The position numbers and the translations under genes are program-made. A stretch of 64,000 nt of DNA from Octopus vulgaris (lineage: Eukaryota). The DNA is taken from contig OX597837.1 of the NCBI GenBank assembly GCA_951406725.2, positions 10,230,001-10,294,000 of the forward strand. Direction: 5' to 3'. Under the pieces are notes generated by a model. That model ran no database searches. It saw nothing but the letters and a program-made list of their open reading frames with translations, and was not told the origin of the DNA. Shown here piece by piece: positions 52,571-64,000 of this stretch. Position 1 is the first letter of the stretch. The number at the start of each line of letters is the position of its first letter.

Positions 52571-52720
52571 GTCCCCGTATCTTAGCGGTTCGGCAAAAGA
52601 GCATAAGTAAGTACTAGACTTACAAAGAACAAGTCCTGAGGTCGATTTGCTCAACTAAAAAAGGCGGTGATCCGGCATGGACGCAGTCAAATGACTAAAA
52701 CAGGTGAAAGAATAAAAGAA

Positions 52721-52767
<47 letters not shown>

Positions 52768-52868
52768 TAAAAAGAAAAGTAGAAATGATATTCTATAGAC
52801 TAGTGTATATGTTCGTATGTATACTTGTGCGTAATCTATGTATCTACCTGTCTTTCCGTCTGTCTTCC

Positions 52869-52903
<35 letters not shown>

Positions 52904-52969
52904 TCTTTTACTCGGCTGAAATGTTGTTATGCAAGTAAGACGTTCCTAAGTGCCAAACCACACGAAACT

Positions 52970-53140
52970 GGGTTTTTCCAGTCGATTAAAAAATATCGAT
53001 ATGCATGGGTCTATGCATGCGCGGTCGCGTGCACGATAGAGAAAATGTACATTGACGTTATCGATGTCCTGTTGCTGCTGATCCAGTCATACGAACTCGG
53101 AGGCTTTGCAAACCACAGATCCATCGATCTACCCAGATAT
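52970..53140. promoter_or_regulatory. CpG-rich island with repeated ATCGAT motifs
   Basis: TATCGATA at ~52994, tatcgatg at ~53059, catcgatc at ~53122, plus gcatgcgcggtcgcg. Confidence 0.25.
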
Positions 53141-53492
53141 ACTACGGTTTCTCAGTGTACACACACACACACACACGCATATCGTTAAAGGCGTGAAATT
53201 GTAATGATTTCTGGGCGATAACTGATGAAGAAAGAGCATGTCCATACGTTCCTTTGTAATCTTTTGTGCAATTTCTGGATACCACCCCCACACATATACA
53301 AAAGAGGCCCAGGATGGACTACTAGAATTTTTCCTTCCAGCCACATGCTTCCGGGTACAGTCCTACTGCGTTTCACCTTAGATAATCGTCTTCAACCATG
53401 GCCCCTGCAACGGCAAAACCCTTGTGAGTGGTTTGGTAGAAAAAGTAGAAAAGAAGCCCATCGTACATAAGTGTGTGGGGGCAGGGGGTAGC

Positions 53493-53530
<38 letters not shown>

Positions 53531-53917
53531 GGAGGGGCTTCTTTTTAGCTTCCGCCTTACAAATCCACCCCCGTTTTAGAAATACTCAATACTGGAACGA
53601 AGATTAACCACAACGACTACCGTCTCCGCCGTGTTTTTTTCTAAAAGCTTTGTGCGACTGTCTTCGAGACGTTCATTATTAGACGTATAACCGACGCTCC
53701 TGAGATGTATGTAACATTGTGTATTGCAGGGGTCGGCGAACAGGGGAGCCAATGTTCTTAAGGTTCCACCAACTCAATGCCCTGGATTGGTACCTTTTTA
53801 AGGATCTCAAAATGATGAAAAACATAACCTTGGCAGGATTTGCATACCATGAGGCCCTCCTTTTGATAACCCAATGACTTTGTCAATTCATACTTGATGA
53901 AGCAAGACAAGAAATTC

Positions 53918-54532
53918 TAGGATGAGGGCAACTGTGAAGAAGTGCTGAACTCAAATGGTGCAGAACCTGTGGAACAGGTAGACCCAGGAAGACATGGGGT
54001 GAGGTGGTGAGGCATGATCTTTGAAAGTTGGGCTTCACGGAAGCAATGACAAGGGACTGAGACCTTTGGCATTATGCCATGCTTGAGAAGACCCATCAAA
54101 CCAAATGAAATTAGTAGTCAAGTGGGGGTAAAAACGAAAATCTTCGGGGTAATGAGAACTCGTCAGACAATTAAAATTACATAAAAATGAGGTGGTGAGG
54201 CATGATCTTTGAAAGTTGGGCTTCACGGAAGCAATGACAAGGGACTGAGACCTTTTGGCATTATGCCATGCTTGAGAAGACCCATCAAACCAAATGAAAT
54301 AGTAGTCAAGTGGGGGTAAAAACGAAAATCTTCGGGGTAATGAGAACTCGTCAGACAATTAAAATTACATAAAAATGAAAAAAAAAAGGTGTTCCTTGTT
54401 ACAACAGTTTTCTTCGGGCAAACACAGCATCTGTCCAAGTGCAGAACCTGTGGAACAGGTAAACCCAGGAAGACATGGGGTGAGGTGTTGAGGCATGATC
54501 GTCGAAAGTTGGGCTTCACGGAAGCAATGACA
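53918..54532 (+). mobile_element. RTE LINE 3' fragments with a 188-bp tandem duplication
   Basis: TCGTGRPRKTWGEVVRHDL*KLGFTEAMTRD*DLW; units 54000-54187 and 54188-54375; third piece 54438-54532. Confidence 0.85.
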
Positions 54533-54830
54533 GGGTTATGGTCAGGGGTGGGGGGAAGGGTATCTTTTTCTTCTTCACAAATGTAAATAAACCCAATTTG
54601 TTTCTTAAACGAGGGACATTTTCATACGGCGCAGAATGTTTTTTTTTACCTCAACAGACGTCATTGATTGGTTAAAATTACAGAAAAAAACAACAAATAT
54701 CTTTAAAAATTATAGAATTTTCTCAATAAAGTCAAGAGAAAAAGATGTTTTTTTAAACACATTCTACCAGTAAACGAAGTTTAAAAGTGTTTAGTTACGC
54801 GAAAATTATTTTTAAAAACCGAAAAGATCC
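54533..54830. mobile_element. Partial copy of the 12673-13091 MITE
   Basis: gaagggtatcttttt...aaacgagggacat...ccgaaaagatcc. Confidence 0.88.
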
Positions 54831-55202
54831 GAAACAAAAATAAAAAGAAACAAAAACGAAACCCCTGAAAGTCATTCTTATTCCTGTGGAGACGGCGGTG
54901 GACAAACGTGAGGAAAACATAAAAAAAAATATTAAAAAATACCAAAACGCCTATAGTTATGTCCCTTTGCTCGGTGGTAAGACTACTGCGTTGGTTATAC
55001 TTTATGCTTCATTATCTGAAGATCAATAAAGACAGAGAACCAGGGATCCAGAGAAGGGGATGGCTTTGTGTGTGTGCGTATTGGGGGTTGTTTGTGTGTA
55101 TTTTTTTTTTAATAAGTGAGGTCCATAAATCTTGGACGATATTACATCCGACCCCGCCTCACGAAAGAATCGTTTTTGCCAATGACGTATGTGCTGTATC
55201 GA

Positions 55203-55236
<34 letters not shown>

Positions 55237-55854
55237 CGCGCCGATTCGAGTAATGATGTGCAGTACACACACACATAAACACACAATCATATATACACAC
55301 ACACACACACAAATATAAGCACATGTATATATACAGCTATATAGTTATATATCCATACATACATATACAAACATATATACTCATATACACAGACAAAATA
55401 TATATATACTTATACACATATATACTCTTTTTCTCTCATACATATGTATATATCTTTTATTTTGTTCCAATAATTAGACTGCGGCCAAACTGGGGCCATG
55501 CTGGGGCACCACCTTAAAGGGATTTAGTCCACCGAAACGCACCCCTACCCGTATTTGATTTTTCTTCTCAGAGCCTGGTACTTATCCTATCGGAGTACAA
55601 TTCGGATGAAGTGCTATCACTCTGTACTTCTTTTCTTTATTTTTTCTTTTCTTAAGTAGAGTACAAGTTTATTAAATGACACAAAGAAAAGATTCTGAAA
55701 AGATTCTTCACCAGTCTCTGGCGATAACTTATTAGCTGGAACTTCGAAGTGACTGTCAGATTTTGCCTTGTAAAATCAATCAATTATGACACATACATGC
55801 AAGTGGGTGCATACATATACACTCACATGTGTAGGTGCGTGTGTGTGTGTGTTA

Positions 55855-56006
55855 AGGCGCAGGAGTGACTGTGCGGTAAGTAGCTTGCTTACCAACCACA
55901 GGTTCAGTCCCACTGCGTGGCACTTTGGTCAAGGGTCTTCTATAGCCTCGAGCCGACAAAAGCCTTGTGAGTGAATTTGGTAGACAGAAACTGAAAGAAG
56001 CTCGCC

Positions 56007-56060
<54 letters not shown>

Positions 56061-56142
56061 CCCACCGGTAAAATTTCCACTTATTTCTTATTTTTATTTT
56101 CCTAAAATTTTAGTTGCGTCTTGCAACCTTTTCAATAGTCCG

Positions 56143-56210
<68 letters not shown>

Positions 56211-56385
56211 TTGGGTGAGCGTGTCCGACGCTGGTGTGTTCACGTCCCCGCAACTTAGCGATTCGGCAAATAAAGAGACCGAGAGAACAGAGTACTAGGC
56301 TTACAACGAATAAGTCCTGGGGTAGTTTCGTTCGACTAAAGACAGTGCTCCAGCATGGCCGCAGTCGAATGACTGAAACAAAAGA
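55855..56385 (+). mobile_element. SINE family B with an ~87-bp insert in its (TA)n
   Basis: Head 55855-56008, insert 56057-56143, tail 56225-56385. Confidence 0.85.
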
Positions 56386-56467
56386 ATGCACACACACACA
56401 TATATATATATACACACACACATAACCCATACATTCACATATACTCAAGCATGAGAGATGCCTGAGC

Positions 56468-56501
<34 letters not shown>

Positions 56502-56504
<3 letters not shown>

Positions 56505-56674
56505 GATCCTTCGGTATAGGTACCGTAAGTGGCTTTGTTTACAGTTCTGAAGATAACAGGAACCCTTTTCTCCTAACCCTAACGCAAATCTTGACCCTAA
56601 CCCCCCATATATAGAGAAAAAATACTTTGTTGAAATGTATCCGGTATATCCGGTACCTATACCGAAGTTACGCC
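56502..56674 (-). mobile_element. GG-ended MITE (second copy of 13542-13697)
   Basis: ggcgatccttcggtataggtacc / ggtacctataccgaagttacgcc; internal cctaaccctaac; flanks atatatat / atatttat. Confidence 0.88.
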
Positions 56675-56710
56675 ATATTTATATTTATATATATACATAT
56701 ATATACACAG

Positions 56711-56741
<31 letters not shown>

Positions 56742-56865
56742 CTGTGAGTGCGTGTGTGTGTGCGTTCTTGTGTATGCATATAAATATATATATATATATA
56801 CACACACATATATACATACATACATATATATCGTGTGCATGAATGTGTGTTAGTGTGTTTGTGTG

Positions 56866-56975
56866 CGCACGCGTGGCTGAATGTTACGTCCACCGACGTC
56901 TCACGTTAATTATGTAAACATTCTAACCGAACGTCACTCACAAAGTACACATGCGCGCGCAGCTCCGATTGGAGG
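56866..56975 (-). promoter_or_regulatory. Candidate promoter/enhancer island
   Basis: Minus strand: CCAAT, gcgcgcatg, TGACGT, TGTTTAC (Fox) and several ACGT cores within 110 bp of CpG-rich unique sequence. Confidence 0.35.
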
Positions 56976-57056
56976 TGTGTGTGTGTGTGTTTGTGCACAT
57001 GGAAGGTGGAGGGGACACACGGATTCTGCATTACTGAGGAGAGAGAGAGAGGGATG

Positions 57057-57105
<49 letters not shown>

Positions 57106-57171
57106 TACATCTTTCATCAGTGGGACAGATAAACCTGCTTTATAGTTGATGTATTGTGTAAACAGTGCGTG

Positions 57172-57208
<37 letters not shown>

Positions 57209-57338
57209 ATAAATACGAGTGCTTGCATGTAAGCACACATGCGTACGCCAAAAGCAATAGCAAAAACTGCACACGCATGCATATATACATAAATACGCAC
57301 ATGCACGTAGATGCATGCATGCAAACAAGCACACACAC

Positions 57339-57384
<46 letters not shown>

Positions 57385-57511
57385 AATACACGCATGCACA
57401 AAATACATACACGCACAGAACGCGTACACATAGATGCACACGCGCACACACAAGATAATACGTGCAGATGCATGCAAACACACACACAGAGGTCAACAAC
57501 AAAACACACAC

Positions 57512-58003
57512 ACACTTGCATACATCCATAAATACACACTATGTATGGAAGCACATACACACATTTGCATATATACATAAATACACACTATGTATGGAAG
57601 CACATACACACATTTGCATATATACATAAATACACACTATGTATGGAAGCACATACACACACTTGCATATATCCATAAATACACACTATGTATGGAAGCA
57701 CATACACACATTTGCATATATACATAAATACACACTATGTATGGAAGCACATACACACATTTGCATATATCCATAAATACACACTATGTATGGAACGACA
57801 TACACACACTTGCATATATCAATACATACACACTATATATGGAAGCACATACACACACTTGCATATATACATAAATACACACTATGTATGGAACCACATA
57901 CACACACTTGCATATATCCATAAATACACAGTATGTACGGAAGCACATACACACATTTGAATATGTATATAAATGCACACTATGTATGGAATCACATACA
58001 CAC
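57512..58003. repeat. 49-bp minisatellite, 10 copies
   Basis: The ggaa anchor falls at 57547, 57596, 57645, 57694, 57743, 57792, 57841, 57890, 57939, 57988. Confidence 0.95.
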
Positions 58004-58276
58004 AGAGACGTACCTACATATATACGCAAGTAAACAGAAACACAGTCACTGAGGCGAACACCAACAACAAACCCATTGCGCTGCTATTTTTTTTTTTTTA
58101 GCCCTTGGTCCAAATCGGAGCTGGATGATCCAGTCGCTCGTGTATTCCCTTCTGTTCGCCATTGTGTCGTCCTTCGTTGGCTGAGATATAAATAGAAATG
58201 TGCCTGGTAATTTCTAGCAGATCAAACGACTGCATTACGGACCCTCTGCTTGATCCGTGTGTGTGCGTGTGTATGT

Positions 58277-58316
<40 letters not shown>

Positions 58317-58533
58317 GCGTGTGTGTCAGTGTTTTTGTTCTTTTGGGATTGCTATGAATCCATGTAGTTCTCTTCATGTATACGAGTGTGACTGAGAACA
58401 TGCTTCCACACACACACACATATATATACACACACACATACACACACACACATATACATATATATAAAAACATACATACATATATACACACACACACACA
58501 TATATATACACACACACATACACACACACACAC

Positions 58534-58566
<33 letters not shown>

Positions 58567-58664
58567 CATACATACACACATACATATATACACACATACA
58601 TATATATATACACACACTCACACATACATATATACACACATACATATATATACACACACTCACT

Positions 58665-58702
<38 letters not shown>

Positions 58703-58866
58703 GGTATATATGCTTCCATATATGTGTGTGTGTGTCTATGCATATATTTGTAAGCATGTATATATAGAAAAATACGCATACATGTATATATATATTTATA
58801 TCCCTTGTTATAGCTTGTGTGTGTGTGTGTGTGTGTGGATATTTCTGTGTGTGCATACTCTTGTGT

Positions 58867-58898
<32 letters not shown>

Positions 58899-59273
58899 CT
58901 TCTGCTTACATGCATGCACATGTATACACGGATTTCCGTACGCATGCATTTGTACGTGTGCATGTGTGTATTTGTGTGCACGCACTTATTGTATATATGC
59001 ATGTGTGAACAGGTTACTGCTGACGTTAGTGCGTGTGTATGCGTGTGTGTGTGTGTATGTGTGTGTGCAAGTTGTTGTTGTTGATGTTGTTGTGGTTGTT
59101 ATCCTATCTAATGAAAGACTACTTACTGGGCAGGTACTTCTGCATGCACGGAGCACGCTTTGCGCATGCATGCAGCATGCACAGAGCATGCATGCTGCCT
59201 GTATTTTTGCTCCAGTGTACCTGGGAATGTTCCGCGTACAAGTGTACTCACGTATGTATGTGTTTATATTATG

Positions 59274-59305
<32 letters not shown>

Positions 59306-60428
59306 CAGAGAGACACAGAGAGAAGAGAGTTTAATAGTAGCACTTTCGTAAAGAAGTATAATCCAATGACCTCGTCTTCGGTCACTTCCCACGCATCAAC
59401 AATTTATCCCAATAGTCCATTTGTATAATCCTCCGCATCCCCCTCCTCCTCCTCCTCATCATCATCATCATCACTACCAGAGTAGTAAAAATCGTCAAAA
59501 CCGCTGTACAAAAACAACTTTCCAGTGAGAACCCCGAATCTTGTAAGTTCAGAGTTTGATTCCCATCGTGGGTACAAAACTTCTCCCTTCATTTTCCTAG
59601 AATCAATAAAACGAAATACGGGTCCAGATAGGATTGTTTGGAGCACCTTAAAATGTCCCTGGGCAAATCAGAGCGAACTGGGCCCAATTGTATATTTACT
59701 TACAGACAGCAAGTCCCAACATATGTAATTCAGGACTGGGGACCCTAGATCCTTAATGCTTCCGGTGTAAGGGACTAATGCGCTAATAGCTTAAGATGGC
59801 ATTGGATCCGAGTACAATGACTCCTGGCAGAATTGTTAGAACCCTAAGCAAAATACTCTGCCTGATTTCGATCCTGGATCTTTGGGTTGAATGTCGAGGC
59901 AGGTGTGGAGAAGATTTCGACATTCTACGATGGGGCCTTTGGCCCTATGAAAACTCCAAGGCAAGCGTTGTGGACTCCTGCCTCATTGTAGAACCCACTT
60001 ACAGCTATGTAGATTATCTTTACTCTTTTACTTGCTTCAGTCATTTGATTGCGGCCATGCTGTAGCACCGCCTTTTTAGTCGAGCAAATCGACCCCAGGA
60101 CTTATTCTTTGTAAGCCCAGTACTTCTTCTATCGGTCTCTTTTGCCGAACCGCTAGGTTACGGAAACGTAAACACACCAGCATCGGTTGTCAAGTGATGT
60201 TGCGTGGAACAAGTACATACACACATACATGAAAACTCCATGACAGACGCTGTGTTCGGATATGGAGTCAACTCGTGTCGGTTGTGCACTTTGACCTCCC
60301 CTGTGGTCCCTACTTACAGATACGTAGACAAACACACACACACACATATATATGCAGCACCCAGAACACAACAATGATAATGAAAAAAAGGGAGATACAT
60401 ATCCTAAATATATATATGTGTGTGTATG

Positions 60429-60459
<31 letters not shown>

Positions 60460-60678
60460 TTCTTTATTGTTCACAGGGGGCTAAACATAGAGGGGACAAA
60501 CAAAGGGAATAAGTTGATTACATCGACGCCAGTGTATAAACTGGTACTTGATTTATCGACCCCGAAAGGATGAAAGGCAAAGCGACCCCGGCGGAATTTG
60601 AACTCAGAACGAAACGGCAGACGAAATACTGCTAAGCATTCCGCCCGGCGTGCTAACGATTCTGCCAGCTCGCCGCCC
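60460..60678 (-). mobile_element. SINE family A, full length
   Basis: The minus strand begins gggcggcgagctggcagaatcgttagcacgccgggc. Confidence 0.92.
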
Positions 60679-60939
60679 TATACACACACACACAGACAAC
60701 ATGTAGGTATTTGTATATGAAGATGATATTGAGCGAAACAGAAGATAGCATAAGATGGGAAGTGCAAAATCTTAACAGAGGTACACACATTTACACAGAG
60801 GCAGAGAGAGGGAAATAGCTACAACATCAATAATATCACTGGTTCCCCCAAAACACTATGCTGGGATGCCCAAAAATTAACAATAATCGCAGGGGGTCAA
60901 CAAACTGTAGCGTCCCTATTACAGAGTCCCTTCTACTTT

Positions 60940-61085
60940 ATTTCAGTTAGAACAACCTTAGGACCGCTGCAATAAATATGCCAATCTGAGAGGGGTCTAC
61001 TTTGATGGAAATCATAACCAACTGATCCCCACCCCCTATTTTCTTTTACCCCACTAAGCCAATAACTTTTCAGCACCCACTTTTG

Positions 61086-61141
<56 letters not shown>

Positions 61142-61362
61142 CATATACACACACATGATGAAGAGCTGGAAATTTCTTGGCTTGAAGGACCTAACGTTGC
61201 GAGGTTTTTTGGGGTTTTTTTTACAGGGCTTAGAAGACCCTCATATATACAAGTTCCTGGCTTTAAGAGAATTGGTTGGAAGCCTAACCCTCGATTTCTT
61301 TTAAAGGGCTTAGAAAACAATAAATGTGTCAATCTGATAGGGGAATATGTTGAATGAAATCA
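60940..61362 (+). mobile_element. Mariner-derived MITE fragments
   Basis: aacttttcagcaccc TIR at ~61065-61079; aaatgtgtcaatctgataggggaatatgttgaatga = KCVNLIGEYVE* at 61322-61357. Confidence 0.7.
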
Positions 61363-62524
61363 TCACGTGATCTTCCTGTATATTTCTTTTTTTAACCCAA
61401 GCACCCGTCGTATGGTCTTGAGAAAGAGACTGGACAGAGGACAGAGTGGATGGAGTGCAAACATGTCCTGGACTGTCCTAATGAACTGACCAGACCACCG
61501 CTGCTCTCCTACATCAGCTATAAGTGACCAATGCAACAAGGAGAAAGTGGATCTGGCGGGGGGAGAGGGGGGTAGCTCCTTCTGGCTCCACCGACCCTCG
61601 ATGTGCCCTACATAGGACGGTTTCGAAAGCAATGGTCTGGGGCCACACACACACAACGCTGTTGCAAGCCTCACCATGATCCTCACCCTCGCCATGACCA
61701 TCACCATCGACATCACCATCATAACGATCGTCATTAACGTCAACAATTATTATATTAATTACTAAATAGTCACACACGCTCTTTTCTGTGTATATCCGAC
61801 CTCTTCCTCCCCCTCTCTCGGAACACTACAGTACAATCGGACAGCAGCAGCAGCAACAGTAGTAGTAGTAGTAGTAGTAGTAATTCTGGCGGTTGTAGTA
61901 GTAGTAGCAGAAGTAGTAGTAGTAGTAGCAGCAGTAGTAGCAGAAGTAGTAGTAGTAATTCTGGCGGTGGTTGTAGTAGTAGTAGTAAGGGTTCTGGCGG
62001 CTGTAGTAGTGGAGGTAGTGGTGGTGATGAGAGGAAAGCAGTAGCAGAGATTCTATTGAACGCTGTGTAGGATGCAGTGCTGTGGATGGTGGTGGTGGTG
62101 TTGAAGATGGCGGCGGTGGCACTCCATCGAAACAATTACACTGGTTGGTCATAAGTGTAAGTCACGCATAAGAGAGAGAGAGAGAGAGAGAGAGGAGCAC
62201 AATGAGAGAGAGAGAGAGAAAGAGACATACAGACAGAGGATGCTGTTGAGAGAGAAAGAGAGAGAAAAAGAGAGAAGAGCACAATGAGAGAGAGAGAGAG
62301 AGGGAGAGAGAGAGAGGATGTTAATCAATGGAGAAAAATAGTGAAAAAGAAGTGTGTATATGTGTGTGAATTCATACAATGCGAATGTATATGAATCATT
62401 TGTATATATAGACACATTAATGATTCATCGCAATGCATATATATATATATATATGCACAGACACATACGTACACACACACACACACATGACTGAAACAAG
62501 TAAAAGAGTAAAAGAGTAAAAGAG

Positions 62525-62556
<32 letters not shown>

Positions 62557-63001
62557 TATACATATGTATACACACATACATATATACATATACAAGTATG
62601 CATTCATACATACGCACGCATACATATATACATGTACACATACGTATAAATACGTTTGCAAACACACACACACACACACACATATATACACATACATATA
62701 TGCATACACACACGTATATACATTTGCACAGGTGCCCCAGCATAGCCGCGGCCTTCGGGCTGAAACATTTTAAAGGATTTTAAGGATATATATATACGCA
62801 TAAACACACACAGGTATACATATTTGCACACACGTATATTTAGACGCATGCATACATACACATAAACATATATATATGTATGCATATATACATATACATA
62901 CACATACGTATGCACACACATTTATGTATATACGCATACATAATTACAAATACACACACACACACACACGTGAGTATGTCGTTATGCACTGAAAGACTTA
63001 C

Positions 63002-63042
63002 GCAGAAATACTCCTGAATGACTTGTGGAATTAGCATCTCAG
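63002..63042 (-). CDS. Candidate small exon (EMLIPQVIQEYFC)
   Basis: Minus strand: gttctttctacag| 41 nt, only one open frame, ends phase 0 |GC-gtaagt. Confidence 0.35.
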
Positions 63043-63359
63043 CTGTAGAAAGAACCCAAACGCCTAGCGGTAATTATGAGCAACACACACGCACGTGGGG
63101 GTGTAGGGGGTAGAGAAGGGTTCGGTTAAGGGAAGTGGGGGGCGGGGAGATCTTTAATCAAAACAGCCGAGTTTGCTTGCTCTTTAAACAAAAGGCGCAA
63201 TGTCACACTCGGTACATGTGTACCCGAATCGCCCACGACAAACTACCCCCACCCCGACTCCATGCATGTATCTACATACATGTGTGTTCGCGTGCGCACG
63301 TATTTATGTCACTCATACACACACAAACATCATTATCTTCGTCTTCACACAGCGATGCA

Positions 63360-63366
63360 TGGATAA

Positions 63367-63411
<45 letters not shown>

Positions 63412-63830
63412 CAGACAGATAGATATGTATAGATAGATAGATAGATAGATAGACAGATAGATAGATAGATAGATAGATAGACAGATAGATAGAGGGAAGG
63501 ATAGATAGATAGATAGATAGAAAACAGAAAAAAACGTAGAGGGAGAGAGAGACAGATAGATAGATGGGTGGATGAATGGATGGATTGATGGGTGGCTGGA
63601 AGGACAGATAGATTAGATAGATGGATAGATAGATAGATATGGATAGATAGAGAGATATGGATAGATAGACAGAGATAGATAGATATGGATAGATAGAGAG
63701 ATAGATAGACAGAGATAGATAGATATGTAGATATAGAGATAGATAGATAGATATGCAGATAGATAGATAGAGATAGATATGTATGTATGTATGTATGTAT
63801 GTATAGATAGATAGATGGATAGAAGTACAG
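63360..63830. repeat. (GATA)n compound microsatellite
   Basis: Extended atag/acag/atgg repeats; a similar tract lies at 35970-36150. Confidence 0.95.
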
Positions 63831-64000
63831 ATAAACACACTAAGGTAGGGACAGACACACAGACAGACAGATAGATATGTCGTATACATATTAGTGTGCG
63901 AATGTGGTGTGTGTGTGTGTGTGCGTGTGTGCGTAAACTGACACACACGTAGACTCTTGAACAGAGACCCAGTAGGGGTCAGGAGCCAAGACAAACTAAC

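Overview
AT-rich, microsatellite-saturated eukaryotic non-coding DNA. The repeat families match my recollection of coleoid cephalopod (Octopus-like) genomes; this is an inference, not a database result. No intact protein-coding gene is evident, and nearly all supplied ORFs are translations of microsatellites or SINEs. The window is dominated by at least five tRNA-derived SINE families, 3' fragments of RTE and R4/Dong LINEs, two non-autonomous Helitrons, mariner-derived MITEs, GG-ended MITEs carrying telomere-like motifs, and minisatellites. The most interesting signal is a Penelope-like (PLE) theme: (1) a ~190-230 bp retroposed family (4 copies, one with a 10-bp TSD) carrying a minimal type I hammerhead-ribozyme fold with a non-canonical core; (2) further hammerhead-like motifs, one with an intact core at 41120-41165; (3) long fold-back hairpins in or beside microsatellites; (4) a decayed GIY-YIG-like coding relic. 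Several minus-strand splice-site-bounded segments and promoter-like islands suggest the window may be the 5'/intronic part of a minus-strand gene, but that is tentative. Repeat coordinates were read by eye and are approximate to a few bases.
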